A DNA stretch of 64,000 nucleotides from an uncultured Chloroflexia bacterium (lineage in GTDB: Bacteria; Chloroflexota; Limnocylindria; Limnocylindrales; CSP1-4), in assembly GCA_963713975.1 (NCBI GenBank), contig OY970218.1, forward strand, positions 1,344,001 through 1,408,000. The letters are read 5' to 3'. Within the stretch, counting starts at the first letter, position 1. Every line of letters starts with the position of its first letter. The notes beneath the pieces are model-generated. The model saw only the letters and a program-made list of their open reading frames with translations. It made no database searches and was not told the origin of the DNA. The position numbers and the translations under genes are program-made. Shown here in pieces: positions 28,976 to 39,151 of the stretch.

Positions 28976-30232
28976 ATGCAGAACACGGCTATGCGCGGTC
29001 GGCTCGGCGGCCATGACCGCTCTCCCACCTCGGTGACGCTCGCCGGCCTCGTCGTGGCGGCGGTCGCCTTCGCCGTATACCTGCTGGCAAGCCGCAACTT
29101 CGATGCCGGCCGGGGCGACTTCTTCTACCTGGCGGACGCGTTCCTCCACGGCCGCACGTGGATCGCCCCGGCGATGGGGCCGAACGACATCATCCGCATC
29201 GACGGCCACACATACGTCCCGTTTGCGCCATTCCCGGCCTTCGTGCTCGCGCCGTTGGTGGCGATCGTGGGCCCGGTCACGGCCGACACCTGGCAGCCCG
29301 TGGTGAACTCGCTGCTGGCGGCCATGGCGGTGTTCCTGGCTTGGTGGGCGGCGGGCCGGATCGGCGTGGAACGGATGCACGACCGGCTGGGTCTCGTGCT
29401 GCTGCTGGGTTTCGGAACCCAGGTCTGGTGGGTGACCACCCGTGGCGGCGTATGGCACACCGGGCATCTGGTGGCCGTCATCCTGGTGCTGCTGCTGATC
29501 GGCGAGCTGTTCGGGAGGCAGCGGGCGCTCCTTATGGGGCTGCTCGTGGGGGCGGCGTTCCTGACCCGGGCGCCGCTGGCGTTCGCGGGGCCGGTCGTGG
29601 CTCTGTGGGTGGTCCGCTCATGGGCGGAGGTGCTGGGGGCCGGTCGGAGCCTGGGCGAGCGCGTTCGAGCGCTCCCGTGGGCCGACTGGCTGTGGCTGCT
29701 CCTGGGATTCGCGCCGGCTCTCGTGTTCTTCTTCTGGTACAACCTCGAGCGCTTCGGCTCCGCGATGGAGTCCGGCTACGCGCTCGCAACCCTGCCAGAG
29801 TGGCTGGAGCTCCAGCGCCAGCAGGGGCTGTTCTCCCTCGCCCACGTGCCCATGAACCTGGACTACCTGCTCCTCAAGCTACCGGCGCTCACGTCCACGT
29901 TCCCGTACCTGAAGCCGGACGGGCTGGGCATGTCCGTGCTGGTCACGAGCCCGGGGCTGTTGCTGGCCCTCCTCGCGCCACGGCGCGACCGCCGCACCTG
30001 GCTCCTGCTCCTGGCCACCGTGCTGGTGCTCATCCCCACCCTGCTCTACTACGGTGGCGGCTGGCTCCAGTTCGGCTACCGCTACTTCCTGGACTCGATC
30101 CCGTTCGTGTGGGCGCTCGCGGCGATGGGTGTCGCGAAGCGTGGAGGCGTGCCGTGGTGGGGCTGGGCCCTGATCGGCTGGAGCATCCTGATGGGGGCCG
30201 AGAGCGTGTACTGGGCGTACAACCTGCACTGA
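28976..30232 (+). CDS. Putative GT-C membrane glycosyltransferase
   Basis: YLADAFLHGR, YVPFAPFPA, YNLERFG, GWLQFGYRYFLD; paralogue of 62713-64000. Confidence 0.7.
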   Translation: MQNTAMRGRLGGHDRSPTSVTLAGLVVAAVAFAVYLLASRNFDAGRGDFFYLADAFLHGRTWIAPAMGPNDIIRIDGHTYVPFAPFPAFVLAPLVAIVGPVTADTWQPVVNSLLAAMAVFLAWWAAGRIGVERMHDRLGLVLLLGFGTQVWWVTTRGGVWHTGHLVAVILVLLLIGELFGRQRALLMGLLVGAAFLTRAPLAFAGPVVALWVVRSWAEVLGAGRSLGERVRALPWADWLWLLLGFAPALVFFFWYNLERFGSAMESGYALATLPEWLELQRQQGLFSLAHVPMNLDYLLLKLPALTSTFPYLKPDGLGMSVLVTSPGLLLALLAPRRDRRTWLLLLATVLVLIPTLLYYGGGWLQFGYRYFLDSIPFVWALAAMGVAKRGGVPWWGWALIGWSILMGAESVYWAYNLH

Positions 30233-30324
30233 ATGGCGGGCCCAGCAGGACCATTGGGCTGTTTGACGGCCCCGGTGTCGCGGCGCACCATTCGCCCGCC
30301 AGTCGCATTCGTGGGGAGAGGTGC

Positions 30325-30519
30325 ATGCACCCGGTTCTTGCCTATATCGATCCCGTATCCGGGAGTCTGCTGATCCAGGGCCTGATCGCGGCCCTTGTCG
30401 CCGCCCCCTTCGTATTCCGCCAGCAGATCCGCCGCTTCGTGCGGCGGATGCGGGGCCAGGAGCAGGTCGCGCCTGCGTCGGAGCCCGTGTCGACGACTGA
30501 TCCCGATTCGGCGGGGTGA
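30325..30519 (+). CDS. Small single-TM protein with AYIDP.SGS motif, 64 aa
   Basis: MHPVLAYIDPVSGSLLIQGLIAALVAAPF...; GGAGAGG SD; stop overlaps GTG of next gene. Confidence 0.75.
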   Translation: MHPVLAYIDPVSGSLLIQGLIAALVAAPFVFRQQIRRFVRRMRGQEQVAPASEPVSTTDPDSAG

Positions 30520-31913
30520 TCACCCACCGCTCTGCAGTTGATCCGGGATCCTGGCGGGATCCATTCGGCTTCGTGTATCGGCGCGACGGCGTCCTGCTGC
30601 GGCAGGTCAATCTCGTCGCTGCGGAGGAATGGCGGGCCGTCACGGAAGCCGGGCTGCTGAACCGCCTCCAGGCAGCCGGTCTCCTGGTGGGACACGATGC
30701 GGCTCCCCTCGACTGGGCTGCCGATCCCTCCATCGCGCACGCCGTCATCCAGCCCGAGGTCGTGCCATTCATCTCGTATCCGTACGAGTGGACCTTCGGG
30801 CAGCTGCAGGCCGCCGCGCTCCTGACGCTGCGCATCCAGGAGGAGGCCACGCGCGCGGGGTTCGAGCTCCGGGATGCCAGCGCCTACAACGTTCAGTTCC
30901 ACGCGGGCCGACCCATCTTCATCGATACGCTCTCATTCCGCCGGGCCCGGCCGGGAGCGCCCTGGGTCGCCTACCGGCAGTTCTGCGAGCACTTCCTCGC
31001 GCCGCTGGCCCTCATGGCCCGCCGGGACATCCGTCTGGGCGCCCTGCAGCGGGAACATGTCGACGGGATCCCGCTCGACCTCGCCGCGGCGATGCTGCCG
31101 TCCCGGACCCGCCTGTCCCTTGGCCTGGGCAGCCATGTGCATCTGCACGCAAGGGCGCAGCGTCAGCACGCGGACCGGCCCGAGAGCGCCGCGCGTGCGC
31201 AGGAGCGCCAGATCGGGCCCACGCAGCGGGCGGCGCTGCTCGACAGCCTCCGCCGGCTTGTCGATGGGCTGGCATGGAAGCCGGCTGGCACCGAGTGGGC
31301 CGACTATGGAAGCACCGCGTCCTCCTACGACGATGAGAGCGCCCGCAAGAAGGACGACCTGGTTGCGGAGATGATCGCCGGGGCGGCCCCGTCGGTGGTC
31401 TGGGACCTTGGCGCGAACGCGGGACGCTACTCCGCCATCGCGGCGGGTGTCGCGGGGCGGGTGCTGGCTCTCGACATCGACCCGGCCGCGAGCGAGAAGC
31501 ACTGGCGGGATCTCCAGGCACGCAACGAGTCCCGGATCCTCCCCCTCCTCCAGGATCTCGCCGATCCGAGTCCAGCGATCGGTTGGGACCTTCGGGAGCG
31601 CCGCTCGCTGTTCGACCGGGCCGAGGACGCGACGCTCATGGCGCTGGCGCTCGTCCACCACCTGGCCATCGGTCGGAACGTGCCGCTTCCGATGCTGTCG
31701 GCCACACTGGCCAGGCTTGGCCGGGATCTGGTCATCGAGTGGGTCCCGAAGGAGGACCCGATGGTCCAGCGCCTGCTGGCCTCTCGGGAAGACGTGTTCT
31801 CCGACTACACACAGGATGGCTTCGAAGCCGCGTTCGCGAGCGACTGGGTGACTCTCGACTGGCAGGCAGTGGCTGGAACGGCCCGGCTGCTGTACCGGAT
31901 GCGCCGCGCCTGA
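30516..31913 (+). CDS. NoeA-like protein: kinase-like N-terminus plus class I SAM methyltransferase
   Basis: SWRDP.G, ISYPYEW, LRDASAYNVQF, IDTLSF, DLGANAG, LALVHHLAI. Confidence 0.85.
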   Translation: MITHRSAVDPGSWRDPFGFVYRRDGVLLRQVNLVAAEEWRAVTEAGLLNRLQAAGLLVGHDAAPLDWAADPSIAHAVIQPEVVPFISYPYEWTFGQLQAAALLTLRIQEEATRAGFELRDASAYNVQFHAGRPIFIDTLSFRRARPGAPWVAYRQFCEHFLAPLALMARRDIRLGALQREHVDGIPLDLAAAMLPSRTRLSLGLGSHVHLHARAQRQHADRPESAARAQERQIGPTQRAALLDSLRRLVDGLAWKPAGTEWADYGSTASSYDDESARKKDDLVAEMIAGAAPSVVWDLGANAGRYSAIAAGVAGRVLALDIDPAASEKHWRDLQARNESRILPLLQDLADPSPAIGWDLRERRSLFDRAEDATLMALALVHHLAIGRNVPLPMLSATLARLGRDLVIEWVPKEDPMVQRLLASREDVFSDYTQDGFEAAFASDWVTLDWQAVAGTARLLYRMRRA

Positions 31914-31916
31914 CGC

Positions 31917-33428
31917 ATGGACCGCACAGGCCAAGAAGCTGTCCCGCTTTCCAACCCGGAGGGGATGGATCTGCCAGCCTTCTACCCGACGTTGATTGCC
32001 GTGGCGTCGCTCGCGGAGATCTATGCGATCTACCCCATCGCGGTCGAGGCCGGTCTGCGCCCACTCCTCGTGATGGCGGTCATTGGCATCGTGCTCACAT
32101 TGGTCTGTGGAAGACTTGTCGGGCGCGATCGTGGCGCCGCGGTCGCCGCGCTCGGCGTCATCGGCCTGGTGGGCGCCTCGGCGATAGACCAGGCGCTGCT
32201 CATCGCAGCGGCGGTCTGCATGATCCTCGTCGAGCGAGCGTGGGTTGCCCGAGGGACGATGCGCTTGCGCGTCCCCTGGAGACAGCTGACCGGGGCGCTC
32301 GACATCCTACTTGTCGTGCTGGTCACGCTCCAGGTCGGACGGGCTGTCGTGTTGCGCGCTTCGGCCCCGATCGCGGTGGATGCCACGGGCTGGTCGATCG
32401 CGCCGTCGGACACGTACCCCGACATCTTCGTGGTCCTCGCTGATGGCCATGGCCGTCGAGACGTGCTGGACGGCGGGTATGGATACGACATGGCGGGGAC
32501 CGCGCGCATTCTTGTGTCCGCCGGGTTCGAAGAGGCGCCGCGAAGCACGTCCAACCACTCCAATACGCGACTTTCACTGCCGGTCCTGTTCAATGGCCGC
32601 CCGCTGGAGGAACTCAATCCGGACGCGGACTGGGGGGGGGACGGGCAGCAGTTCGTTGGGCCCGGGAACAGCAGCACCGCGCAGCTCTTGGTGCGTGGCG
32701 GGTACGAGGTGACGTTAATCGCACCCGGGTACGAGCACATCGGCATCCGCGGCGACGTCAACTACGTGGATGTTGGCCCGCGCAACGAGGTCGAGCAGGC
32801 GGTCCTCAGCAGCACGACGCTCGGGCGCGTCCTGGACCAACTCACCGGAGGGTTCCTCGCCGCCACCCACGAGCGCGCGCTTCGAGAGGTAGTAGCGCTT
32901 CGCACCATCGTGCGCGCGCCGGCCGACAGACCTCAGTTCGTGTACACCCACTTGCCTTCGCCGCACTGGCCGGTTGTATTCACCGGCAACTGCAGCTTTC
33001 GTGGTGGCGACGACTACAGCCTCGGCGCCGCCGCTAGGCATGATGCGGCCGGCGATGCGGTCAGCATCGGGCTCGTCGCGGAGCAGACACGTTGCGTCGA
33101 CAGCCTGATCGTCGCGGCGGTCGGGGACATCGTGGCCGCGCGGCCGGACGCCATCGTGTTGGTCCTGTCAGATCACGGGCCGGAGGAACGTATTGACTGG
33201 TGGCACCCATCGGAACCTGGGATCAGCGACAGGATGTCGAACCTCTTCTGGGCGCGAACGCCCGGGCGGGCCGGCGTGTTTCCGCCCGACGTGAGCCTCG
33301 TGAACGTATTCCCGCTCCTCTTCAACGCCTACTTCGGCACGGACTTGGCGCTGCACGGCAACCAGGGGTACTTGGGCCCGTCGAACGTCGTTGCGGAGCG
33401 GATCCCGTACAGCCAGGATGAGCAGTGA
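31917..33428 (+). CDS. Membrane-anchored sulfatase/LtaS/EptA-like alkaline phosphatase superfamily enzyme 1
   Basis: N-terminal TMs; PDIFVVLADG, SNHSNTRLS, HLPSPHWP, LSDHG. Confidence 0.8.
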   Translation: MDRTGQEAVPLSNPEGMDLPAFYPTLIAVASLAEIYAIYPIAVEAGLRPLLVMAVIGIVLTLVCGRLVGRDRGAAVAALGVIGLVGASAIDQALLIAAAVCMILVERAWVARGTMRLRVPWRQLTGALDILLVVLVTLQVGRAVVLRASAPIAVDATGWSIAPSDTYPDIFVVLADGHGRRDVLDGGYGYDMAGTARILVSAGFEEAPRSTSNHSNTRLSLPVLFNGRPLEELNPDADWGGDGQQFVGPGNSSTAQLLVRGGYEVTLIAPGYEHIGIRGDVNYVDVGPRNEVEQAVLSSTTLGRVLDQLTGGFLAATHERALREVVALRTIVRAPADRPQFVYTHLPSPHWPVVFTGNCSFRGGDDYSLGAAARHDAAGDAVSIGLVAEQTRCVDSLIVAAVGDIVAARPDAIVLVLSDHGPEERIDWWHPSEPGISDRMSNLFWARTPGRAGVFPPDVSLVNVFPLLFNAYFGTDLALHGNQGYLGPSNVVAERIPYSQDEQ

Positions 33429-33655
33429 CACTCCCTTGCCTATTCTTCGCGCGACGGCCTAGGCATGCCGGCCCCTTCCTCGAGGAAGGGCCCTTGGTCA
33501 ATGTCAACCCGATCATCGCCAACGCCTACGTCGGGACGGGCATCGAGCCCAATCCCGACGACATCCACCTCGCGCCCACCCGGAACGATCCGCACTTCGT
33601 GTCGTGTCAGCCCCCTTGCGGGAGCAAGGCCACGACAGGGCCGGTTTCGGGTTGA
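33425..33655 (+). pseudogene. Orphan C-terminal fragment of a sulfatase-like paralogue
   Basis: LFFARRP...LVNVNPIIANAYVGT...QPP aligns with LFWARTP...LVNVLPLIANAYLGT...QPPE of next gene. Confidence 0.75.
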
Positions 33656-35163
33656 GGACGTTGCCCAAGGCCGTCGGCGGGACTGGGGCGGTGGGTCGGA
33701 TTGCCACATGGCCCTGGTACCCGATGCTCATTGCCGGTTCGATCGTGCTGCTGCCGCTGGCTGATCTTCCGTTGCAGATTGCCGCAGGCGTGCGCCCGCT
33801 GCTCCTGACACTGGGCGTGGGCGCCCTCCTTACCGCAGTGTGGGTCAGGTTGCTCGGGCGAGGGCGCGGTGGTGCAGCCGCCGCGATCAGTCTCATGGCG
33901 CTCGTTGGGGCTTCGGGTGCACTGCAAGCGCTCCCGTTCGTCGCTGCCCTGGCGATCATCGCGATCGAGCGCGCGTGGACCGCCCGAGGCACGATGCGCC
34001 TTCGGATCCCATGGGGCCGCATCACCTCGGCTCTGAACCTCGTGCTCATCGTCTTCGTCGGGCTGCAGCTCGGGAGGGCCTTCCTGGTACGGCAGGAGAT
34101 GACGCCATTGCCCGTCCCGCCGGAGTGGACTGCGTCGGAGGACGCACCGAGACCGGACGTATTCCTGATCCTTGCCGATGGTCACGGCAGGCTCGATGTC
34201 CTGGCCGACCGGTATGGCTACAACGCGAGTGACTTCTCACTCGCGCTTGCTGAGGAAGGCTTCGTCGAGTCGCCCAACAGCTACGCCAATCACTCACTGA
34301 CGCGCTACTCGCTTAGCGTCCTTCTCAACGGGCGGCCGCTATCCGAACTCGGTCAGGACATGGCCGGGCCTGCCGACGAGGACGTGCCTTTTAGGGCGCT
34401 TCCACGGACCAGCGGCGTCTCCATGTTCGCGTCGGGGGGCTATGAGACCGTGGTGATATCGGCAGGGTTCGATCATCTCCCATTGCGGGAGGTCGACCGC
34501 TACGTGGACGTAGGGCCGCGCACTGAACTCGAGGAGGCCCTGTGGGGTACCTCGGCGATTGGCAAGGTGGTGGACGGCTTGACCGACGGCTTCGCCGTCG
34601 ACACACGGTCACGGATCCTGGCCGAGGTCCAGGAACTCAAGGACATCGTGCATCGGCGCAGCAGCCGGCCACAGTTCGTCCTGGCTCACCTTCCCTCCCC
34701 GCACTGGCCGATGGTGCTGAATGCAGACTGCTCTCTGCGGCCCAGCGATGGGTATACGTACGGCACGGTGGGCCGCGGGAATCGCACGGGCGATGCGAAG
34801 GCGGTGCAGATCGTGGCGGATCAGACTCGATGTGTAGACACCCTCCTCGTCCAGACCGTGAGGGAAATCGTGGAGGCACGACCCGACGCCGTCGTTGTGG
34901 TGTTCTCTGATCACGGACCGGAAGAACGGATTGACCTGACGGCGCCGGACGACGCTGGCATACGTGACAAGCTCGCCAATCTGTTCTGGGCGCGAACACC
35001 GGGAAGCCCCGGCCTGTTCCCCCGCGATGTCACGCTCGTGAACGTGCTGCCCCTGATCGCAAACGCCTACCTGGGCACGGATCTGCCGTTTCATGCCAAC
35101 GATGTGTTCCTCGGACCGACGCCTGCAAGTGACAAGTTCCTGCCGTATCAGCCTCCAGAGTGA
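33652..35163 (+). CDS. Membrane-anchored sulfatase/LtaS/EptA-like enzyme 2 (start uncertain)
   Basis: PDVFLILADG, YANHSLTRYS, HLPSPHWP, FSDHG. Confidence 0.8.
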   Translation: MRTLPKAVGGTGAVGRIATWPWYPMLIAGSIVLLPLADLPLQIAAGVRPLLLTLGVGALLTAVWVRLLGRGRGGAAAAISLMALVGASGALQALPFVAALAIIAIERAWTARGTMRLRIPWGRITSALNLVLIVFVGLQLGRAFLVRQEMTPLPVPPEWTASEDAPRPDVFLILADGHGRLDVLADRYGYNASDFSLALAEEGFVESPNSYANHSLTRYSLSVLLNGRPLSELGQDMAGPADEDVPFRALPRTSGVSMFASGGYETVVISAGFDHLPLREVDRYVDVGPRTELEEALWGTSAIGKVVDGLTDGFAVDTRSRILAEVQELKDIVHRRSSRPQFVLAHLPSPHWPMVLNADCSLRPSDGYTYGTVGRGNRTGDAKAVQIVADQTRCVDTLLVQTVREIVEARPDAVVVVFSDHGPEERIDLTAPDDAGIRDKLANLFWARTPGSPGLFPRDVTLVNVLPLIANAYLGTDLPFHANDVFLGPTPASDKFLPYQPPE

Positions 35164-35241
35164 ACGGCGACTCCGGCGGCTGGCCTAGCCCTTCCAGTTG
35201 ACTGCGCAAGCTTTTCGTGCCACGGGTGTATCCTCGCGAGC

Positions 35242-36447
35242 GTGTCCCCCACGACCATGACCGGCGAGCCCCCCTGTCCGCCGGCCACCGGTGACACTGC
35301 GCCGGTGGCCCGCCCCGTCGCGCTCCGCGCGGTCCGCCGCCCGTTCGAGACCATCGATCCCGCGTCCTGGGATGCCCTCGCCGCCGCCAACCCCTGGGCC
35401 ACCCCCTTCTCGCACTGGGCCTTCCACCGCGCCTGGTGGGACGGGTACGGCGGCAACGCCCATGAGGAGACGGTCGTGCTGGTCCCGGCCGACGGCCCGG
35501 ACGACGCCGCGCCGATGGGCATCGCTCCGCTCATGCATCGCCACGAGGTGGAGCCGTCGGACGTGGTGTTGCACACGAACATCCGACACACGGACGGCGC
35601 CGAGCTCACCCCCGTCCCGCCGGACGCGAAGGCGGTCTTCTTCGGCGCCTCGTACCACGCGGACTACGCGACGCTGCTGGCGGCGCCCGAGAACCTGCCC
35701 GCGCTCGCGGAGGCCCTCGCCGCCTACTGCGGCACCGTGGGGGATCCGGAGCACCCCGACCGGTGGGACGCCGTTGACCTGCGACGCCTGCGCTGTGGCG
35801 ACCCGGCGGGCGGCGCGCTGGCGACAGCATTCGGTGCCCGCGAGATGGCCGAGGGCTGGACGCTCAACGTGGAGCGCGAGGATGTCTGCCCCGTGGCGGA
35901 GCTGCCGGCAGGCGGCACGATGGACGACTACTTCGCCGGCCTGGGCAAGAAGGAGCGCCACGAGATCCGGCGCAAGGTCCGCCGCGCCGAGGCCGTGGGC
36001 GAGGTCAGGCTCGACGACTCCACGGATCCGCTCGCGGACCTGTCCGCGTTCATCGACCTGCACCAGAAGCGCTGGGGCACCGAGGGCCTGTTCCCGGAGA
36101 CGGAGGGCGGCGACCACAGCCGCACCTTCTTCCGCCGCCTGTTCGAGCTGTTCGGGCCGGATGGGCCGCTGCACCTGGCATTCCTGACCGTGGGCGGTCG
36201 ACGGATCGCCGCGGGCGTCTCCTTCGAGACATCAGACGCGCTCCTGTACTACAACGCCGGGGTGGACCCGGAGGCGCGCGAGCTGTCGCCCGGCGTGGTG
36301 ATGGTGGAGCGCTACGTGCGACGCGCCCTGGAGCGGGGCATCGCGCGGATGGACTTCCTGCGCGGCAACGAGCCATACAAGTACGAGTGGGGCGCGGTGG
36401 ACCGGCCAATCCAGCGCCTGCTGGTCAGGCGAACTGGACAGCGATGA
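35242..36447 (+). CDS. GNAT family acyltransferase (CelD/BcsL-like)
   Basis: ATPF.HW, Y..GLGKKERHEIRRK.RR, YYNAG, SPG, DFLRGNEPYK. Confidence 0.88.
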   Translation: MSPTTMTGEPPCPPATGDTAPVARPVALRAVRRPFETIDPASWDALAAANPWATPFSHWAFHRAWWDGYGGNAHEETVVLVPADGPDDAAPMGIAPLMHRHEVEPSDVVLHTNIRHTDGAELTPVPPDAKAVFFGASYHADYATLLAAPENLPALAEALAAYCGTVGDPEHPDRWDAVDLRRLRCGDPAGGALATAFGAREMAEGWTLNVEREDVCPVAELPAGGTMDDYFAGLGKKERHEIRRKVRRAEAVGEVRLDDSTDPLADLSAFIDLHQKRWGTEGLFPETEGGDHSRTFFRRLFELFGPDGPLHLAFLTVGGRRIAAGVSFETSDALLYYNAGVDPEARELSPGVVMVERYVRRALERGIARMDFLRGNEPYKYEWGAVDRPIQRLLVRRTGQR

Positions 36448-37652
36448 CACCGCCGAACCGCGACGACCCCTGCGTGGCCCCGATGGTCCACCTGCCCGTG
36501 CCCGGCCCCAGTCGGGTGCGCGTCGTCCAGGTGATGGCCACCGGGACGAACGGCGGTGCTCAGGAGCACGTATTCGGGCTCGTCACCCGCCTGGACCCCG
36601 AGTACTACGACGTTTCAGTGGTCTCGCTGTCGCCCGGCAGCGCCGTCCGCAAGCTCCAGCACGCGGGGGTCGACGTGACCGTCATCGACGTCCCGGACGA
36701 CGTCATCGCGACTGCCACCCTGGCCGCCCACCTCGCCGATGTCCGCGCGGACGTGATCCACAACCACATGTACCGCGCCGAGGTCGTGGGCACCAAGGCG
36801 GCCATCGCGCTGGGTGAGGCCGGTCACCGCAGGCCGTGGGTGGTCTCCACGGTCCACTCCTCGCGCATCCGGCCGTCCGAGGACCAGGAGCTGCTCCGCG
36901 GCCTGACGCCGGAGATCGACCACCTTATCGTCGTGTCCCAGGCGATCGACGAGAAGGTGGCCCACGAGGGACGCGGCGGCGTGTCCCGCAGCCTCATCTA
37001 CAACGGCGTGGACCTGGAGCGATATGACCACCAGGAGGCCTGCTGCACGCTCCGCGAGGAGTACGGCATGGACGACGACGCGGAGATCGTGGGCGTCGTG
37101 GGCCGGCTGGAGCTGGAGAAGGGCCACCCGACGCTGCTGGAGGCATGGCCGCTGGTCCTGGAGCGGGTGCCCTGCGCCTACCTGCTGATCGTGGGCGAGG
37201 GGAGCCGCCAGGACGCGCTCCACGAGATCGTCCGCGAGCTGGGTGTTGAGCGCCACGTGGTGTTCACCGGCCGCCGGGACGACATCCCGGCCGTCACCGC
37301 CGCCTTCGACGTGGCCGTGCTGCCGTCCTACCGGGAGGCCCAGGGCCTGACGATCCTCGAGGCGATGGCGCTGTCGCGCCCGGTGGTCGCCTCCAACGTG
37401 GGTGGGATCCCGGAGATGATCGAGGACGGCCGCAACGGTCTCCTGGTCCCCCCGCATGATCCGCAGGCCCTGGCCGATTCGATCGTGCGCCTGCTCACGA
37501 ACCACCAGCTGGCGGACATGATCGGCCGCGCGGGCCACACCACCGTCCACGACCGCTTCTGCATCCAGCTCATGGTCAACGCGGTCCAGGAGCTCTACGA
37601 CGAGGGAGCGCGGTTGGTGCGGCCGCGCGAGGTGTCCGTCAGCGCCGGCTGA
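36444..37652 (+). CDS. GT4 glycosyltransferase
   Basis: GGAQ, IYNGVD, GRL..EKG, PS.REAQGLTILEAMA..PVVASNVGGIPE. Confidence 0.92.
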   Translation: MTPPNRDDPCVAPMVHLPVPGPSRVRVVQVMATGTNGGAQEHVFGLVTRLDPEYYDVSVVSLSPGSAVRKLQHAGVDVTVIDVPDDVIATATLAAHLADVRADVIHNHMYRAEVVGTKAAIALGEAGHRRPWVVSTVHSSRIRPSEDQELLRGLTPEIDHLIVVSQAIDEKVAHEGRGGVSRSLIYNGVDLERYDHQEACCTLREEYGMDDDAEIVGVVGRLELEKGHPTLLEAWPLVLERVPCAYLLIVGEGSRQDALHEIVRELGVERHVVFTGRRDDIPAVTAAFDVAVLPSYREAQGLTILEAMALSRPVVASNVGGIPEMIEDGRNGLLVPPHDPQALADSIVRLLTNHQLADMIGRAGHTTVHDRFCIQLMVNAVQELYDEGARLVRPREVSVSAG

Positions 37653-37699
37653 CGTTCGGACCATGCCGGGAGGGCGTCCCGACACGTAGCATCGCGGGG

Positions 37700-39079
37700 A
37701 TGCGGCTCACCTTCGACCGGCTCTGGATCTGGATCGCGATCGCCCTGCCGGCGCTCGTGGCATTGATCGTGCCTTTGCCCGCAGTGGATCTCGCCTACCA
37801 GGTTCGCGCCGGGAACGAGATCATGGCCTCGGGGGCGCTGCCAATTGCCGACACGTGGACGTTCACCGTGTGGGGCACGTCGTGGGTGGACCAGCAGTGG
37901 CTGGCACAGGTCAAGCTGGCGGCGGGCTACGCCATCGGCGGGTGGGAGCTGCTGGCGGTGCTGCGGGCGGGGCTGGTCGCCTTCATCACGGGCGTGCTCG
38001 TCGCGACGGCCCGGGAACGTGGAGCGAGCCCGCGGATGTCGGCGATCCTCGTCCTCGCGGCATTCGCCCTGGCTGCCCCGGCGCTGGCGCTCCGGCCCCA
38101 GCTGTTCGGGCTGGCGCTCTTCGCCTTCCTGTTGTGGCTGGTTGCCGTCCGGACCCGGCGGGCGCGGCTGTACCTCCTGGCGCCCCTCGTCGTCCTGCTT
38201 TGGGCGAACCTGCACGGGAGCTTCGTGCTGGGTCCAGTGATCCTGGGCTACGCCTGGCTGAGCGATGTCGCGGCGAAGAGGCAGGCGCGGGCCTCGTTCG
38301 GGGTCCTGGTCGCGGGGACGCTCGCGACCCTCGTCAACCCATACCTCGCCGGAGCCTGGCTGTACGCCGTGACCATCGGCGTCAACCCGGCCATCGCGGG
38401 CCAGGTCAGTGAGTGGCAGCGGACCCTCCCGCTCGCCATGCCTGGGCTGCTGTTCTATCCGTCCGTGCTCGTCACCGCGGTGCTGATGTTCCGCCGACGG
38501 GGCCTCGTGCGGTGGCCGGACTGGGTGCTCCTCGTCGCGATGGCTCTCATGGGTGCGTGGGCGGTCCGGGGCGTCGCGTGGTGGGCGTTCGTGATGGTCT
38601 TCCTGCTCGCGGGCGTTCTGACGAGCGAGCGCCGCGCCCGCGAGCCGCGGGCCAGCGTAGCCAACGGGCTGCTCGCGTTAGGCCTGGGGGTCGCCATCGT
38701 CATCGCGCTCCCGTGGTGGCGGCCGGCAGACCAGCTGACCGGTCGGGCTGGGCTGCTCTCATTCGCGCCGAGCGGCCTCGCTGCGAAGGTCGCCGAGCTG
38801 GCGGCCCCCGGCACCCGGGTCGTGGTGCCGCAGACCTGGGGCTCCTGGTTCGAGTGGGCGGCACCGGATCAGGCGTATTTCATCGACTCCCGGTTCGAGC
38901 TGTTTCCGGTGGGCGTGTGGGAGGACTATGCGGTGCTACAGGGTCCGAGAGCCGGCGATGTGCTGGACCGTTGGGGGGCGGACATGATTGTCGTTCCGAC
39001 AGGCGAGTCGATCCCGGTTGGCCCGTGGGACCGCGTGTGGGCTGACCCCGACGGGACGATCCTTGTCCGCGCCCGCTGA
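37700..39079 (+). CDS. Putative GT-C membrane glycosyltransferase
   Basis: DLAYQVRAG, W...QWL, RPQLF, LWANLHGSF, YFIDSR. Confidence 0.7.
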   Translation: MRLTFDRLWIWIAIALPALVALIVPLPAVDLAYQVRAGNEIMASGALPIADTWTFTVWGTSWVDQQWLAQVKLAAGYAIGGWELLAVLRAGLVAFITGVLVATARERGASPRMSAILVLAAFALAAPALALRPQLFGLALFAFLLWLVAVRTRRARLYLLAPLVVLLWANLHGSFVLGPVILGYAWLSDVAAKRQARASFGVLVAGTLATLVNPYLAGAWLYAVTIGVNPAIAGQVSEWQRTLPLAMPGLLFYPSVLVTAVLMFRRRGLVRWPDWVLLVAMALMGAWAVRGVAWWAFVMVFLLAGVLTSERRAREPRASVANGLLALGLGVAIVIALPWWRPADQLTGRAGLLSFAPSGLAAKVAELAAPGTRVVVPQTWGSWFEWAAPDQAYFIDSRFELFPVGVWEDYAVLQGPRAGDVLDRWGADMIVVPTGESIPVGPWDRVWADPDGTILVRAR

Positions 39080-39151
39080 CCGAACGGCGCAAGGCCGCTG
39101 GTACCTTCGAGGAGGCCACCAGGCGCCGCAGGCGTTGCTAAGGTGCACCGC

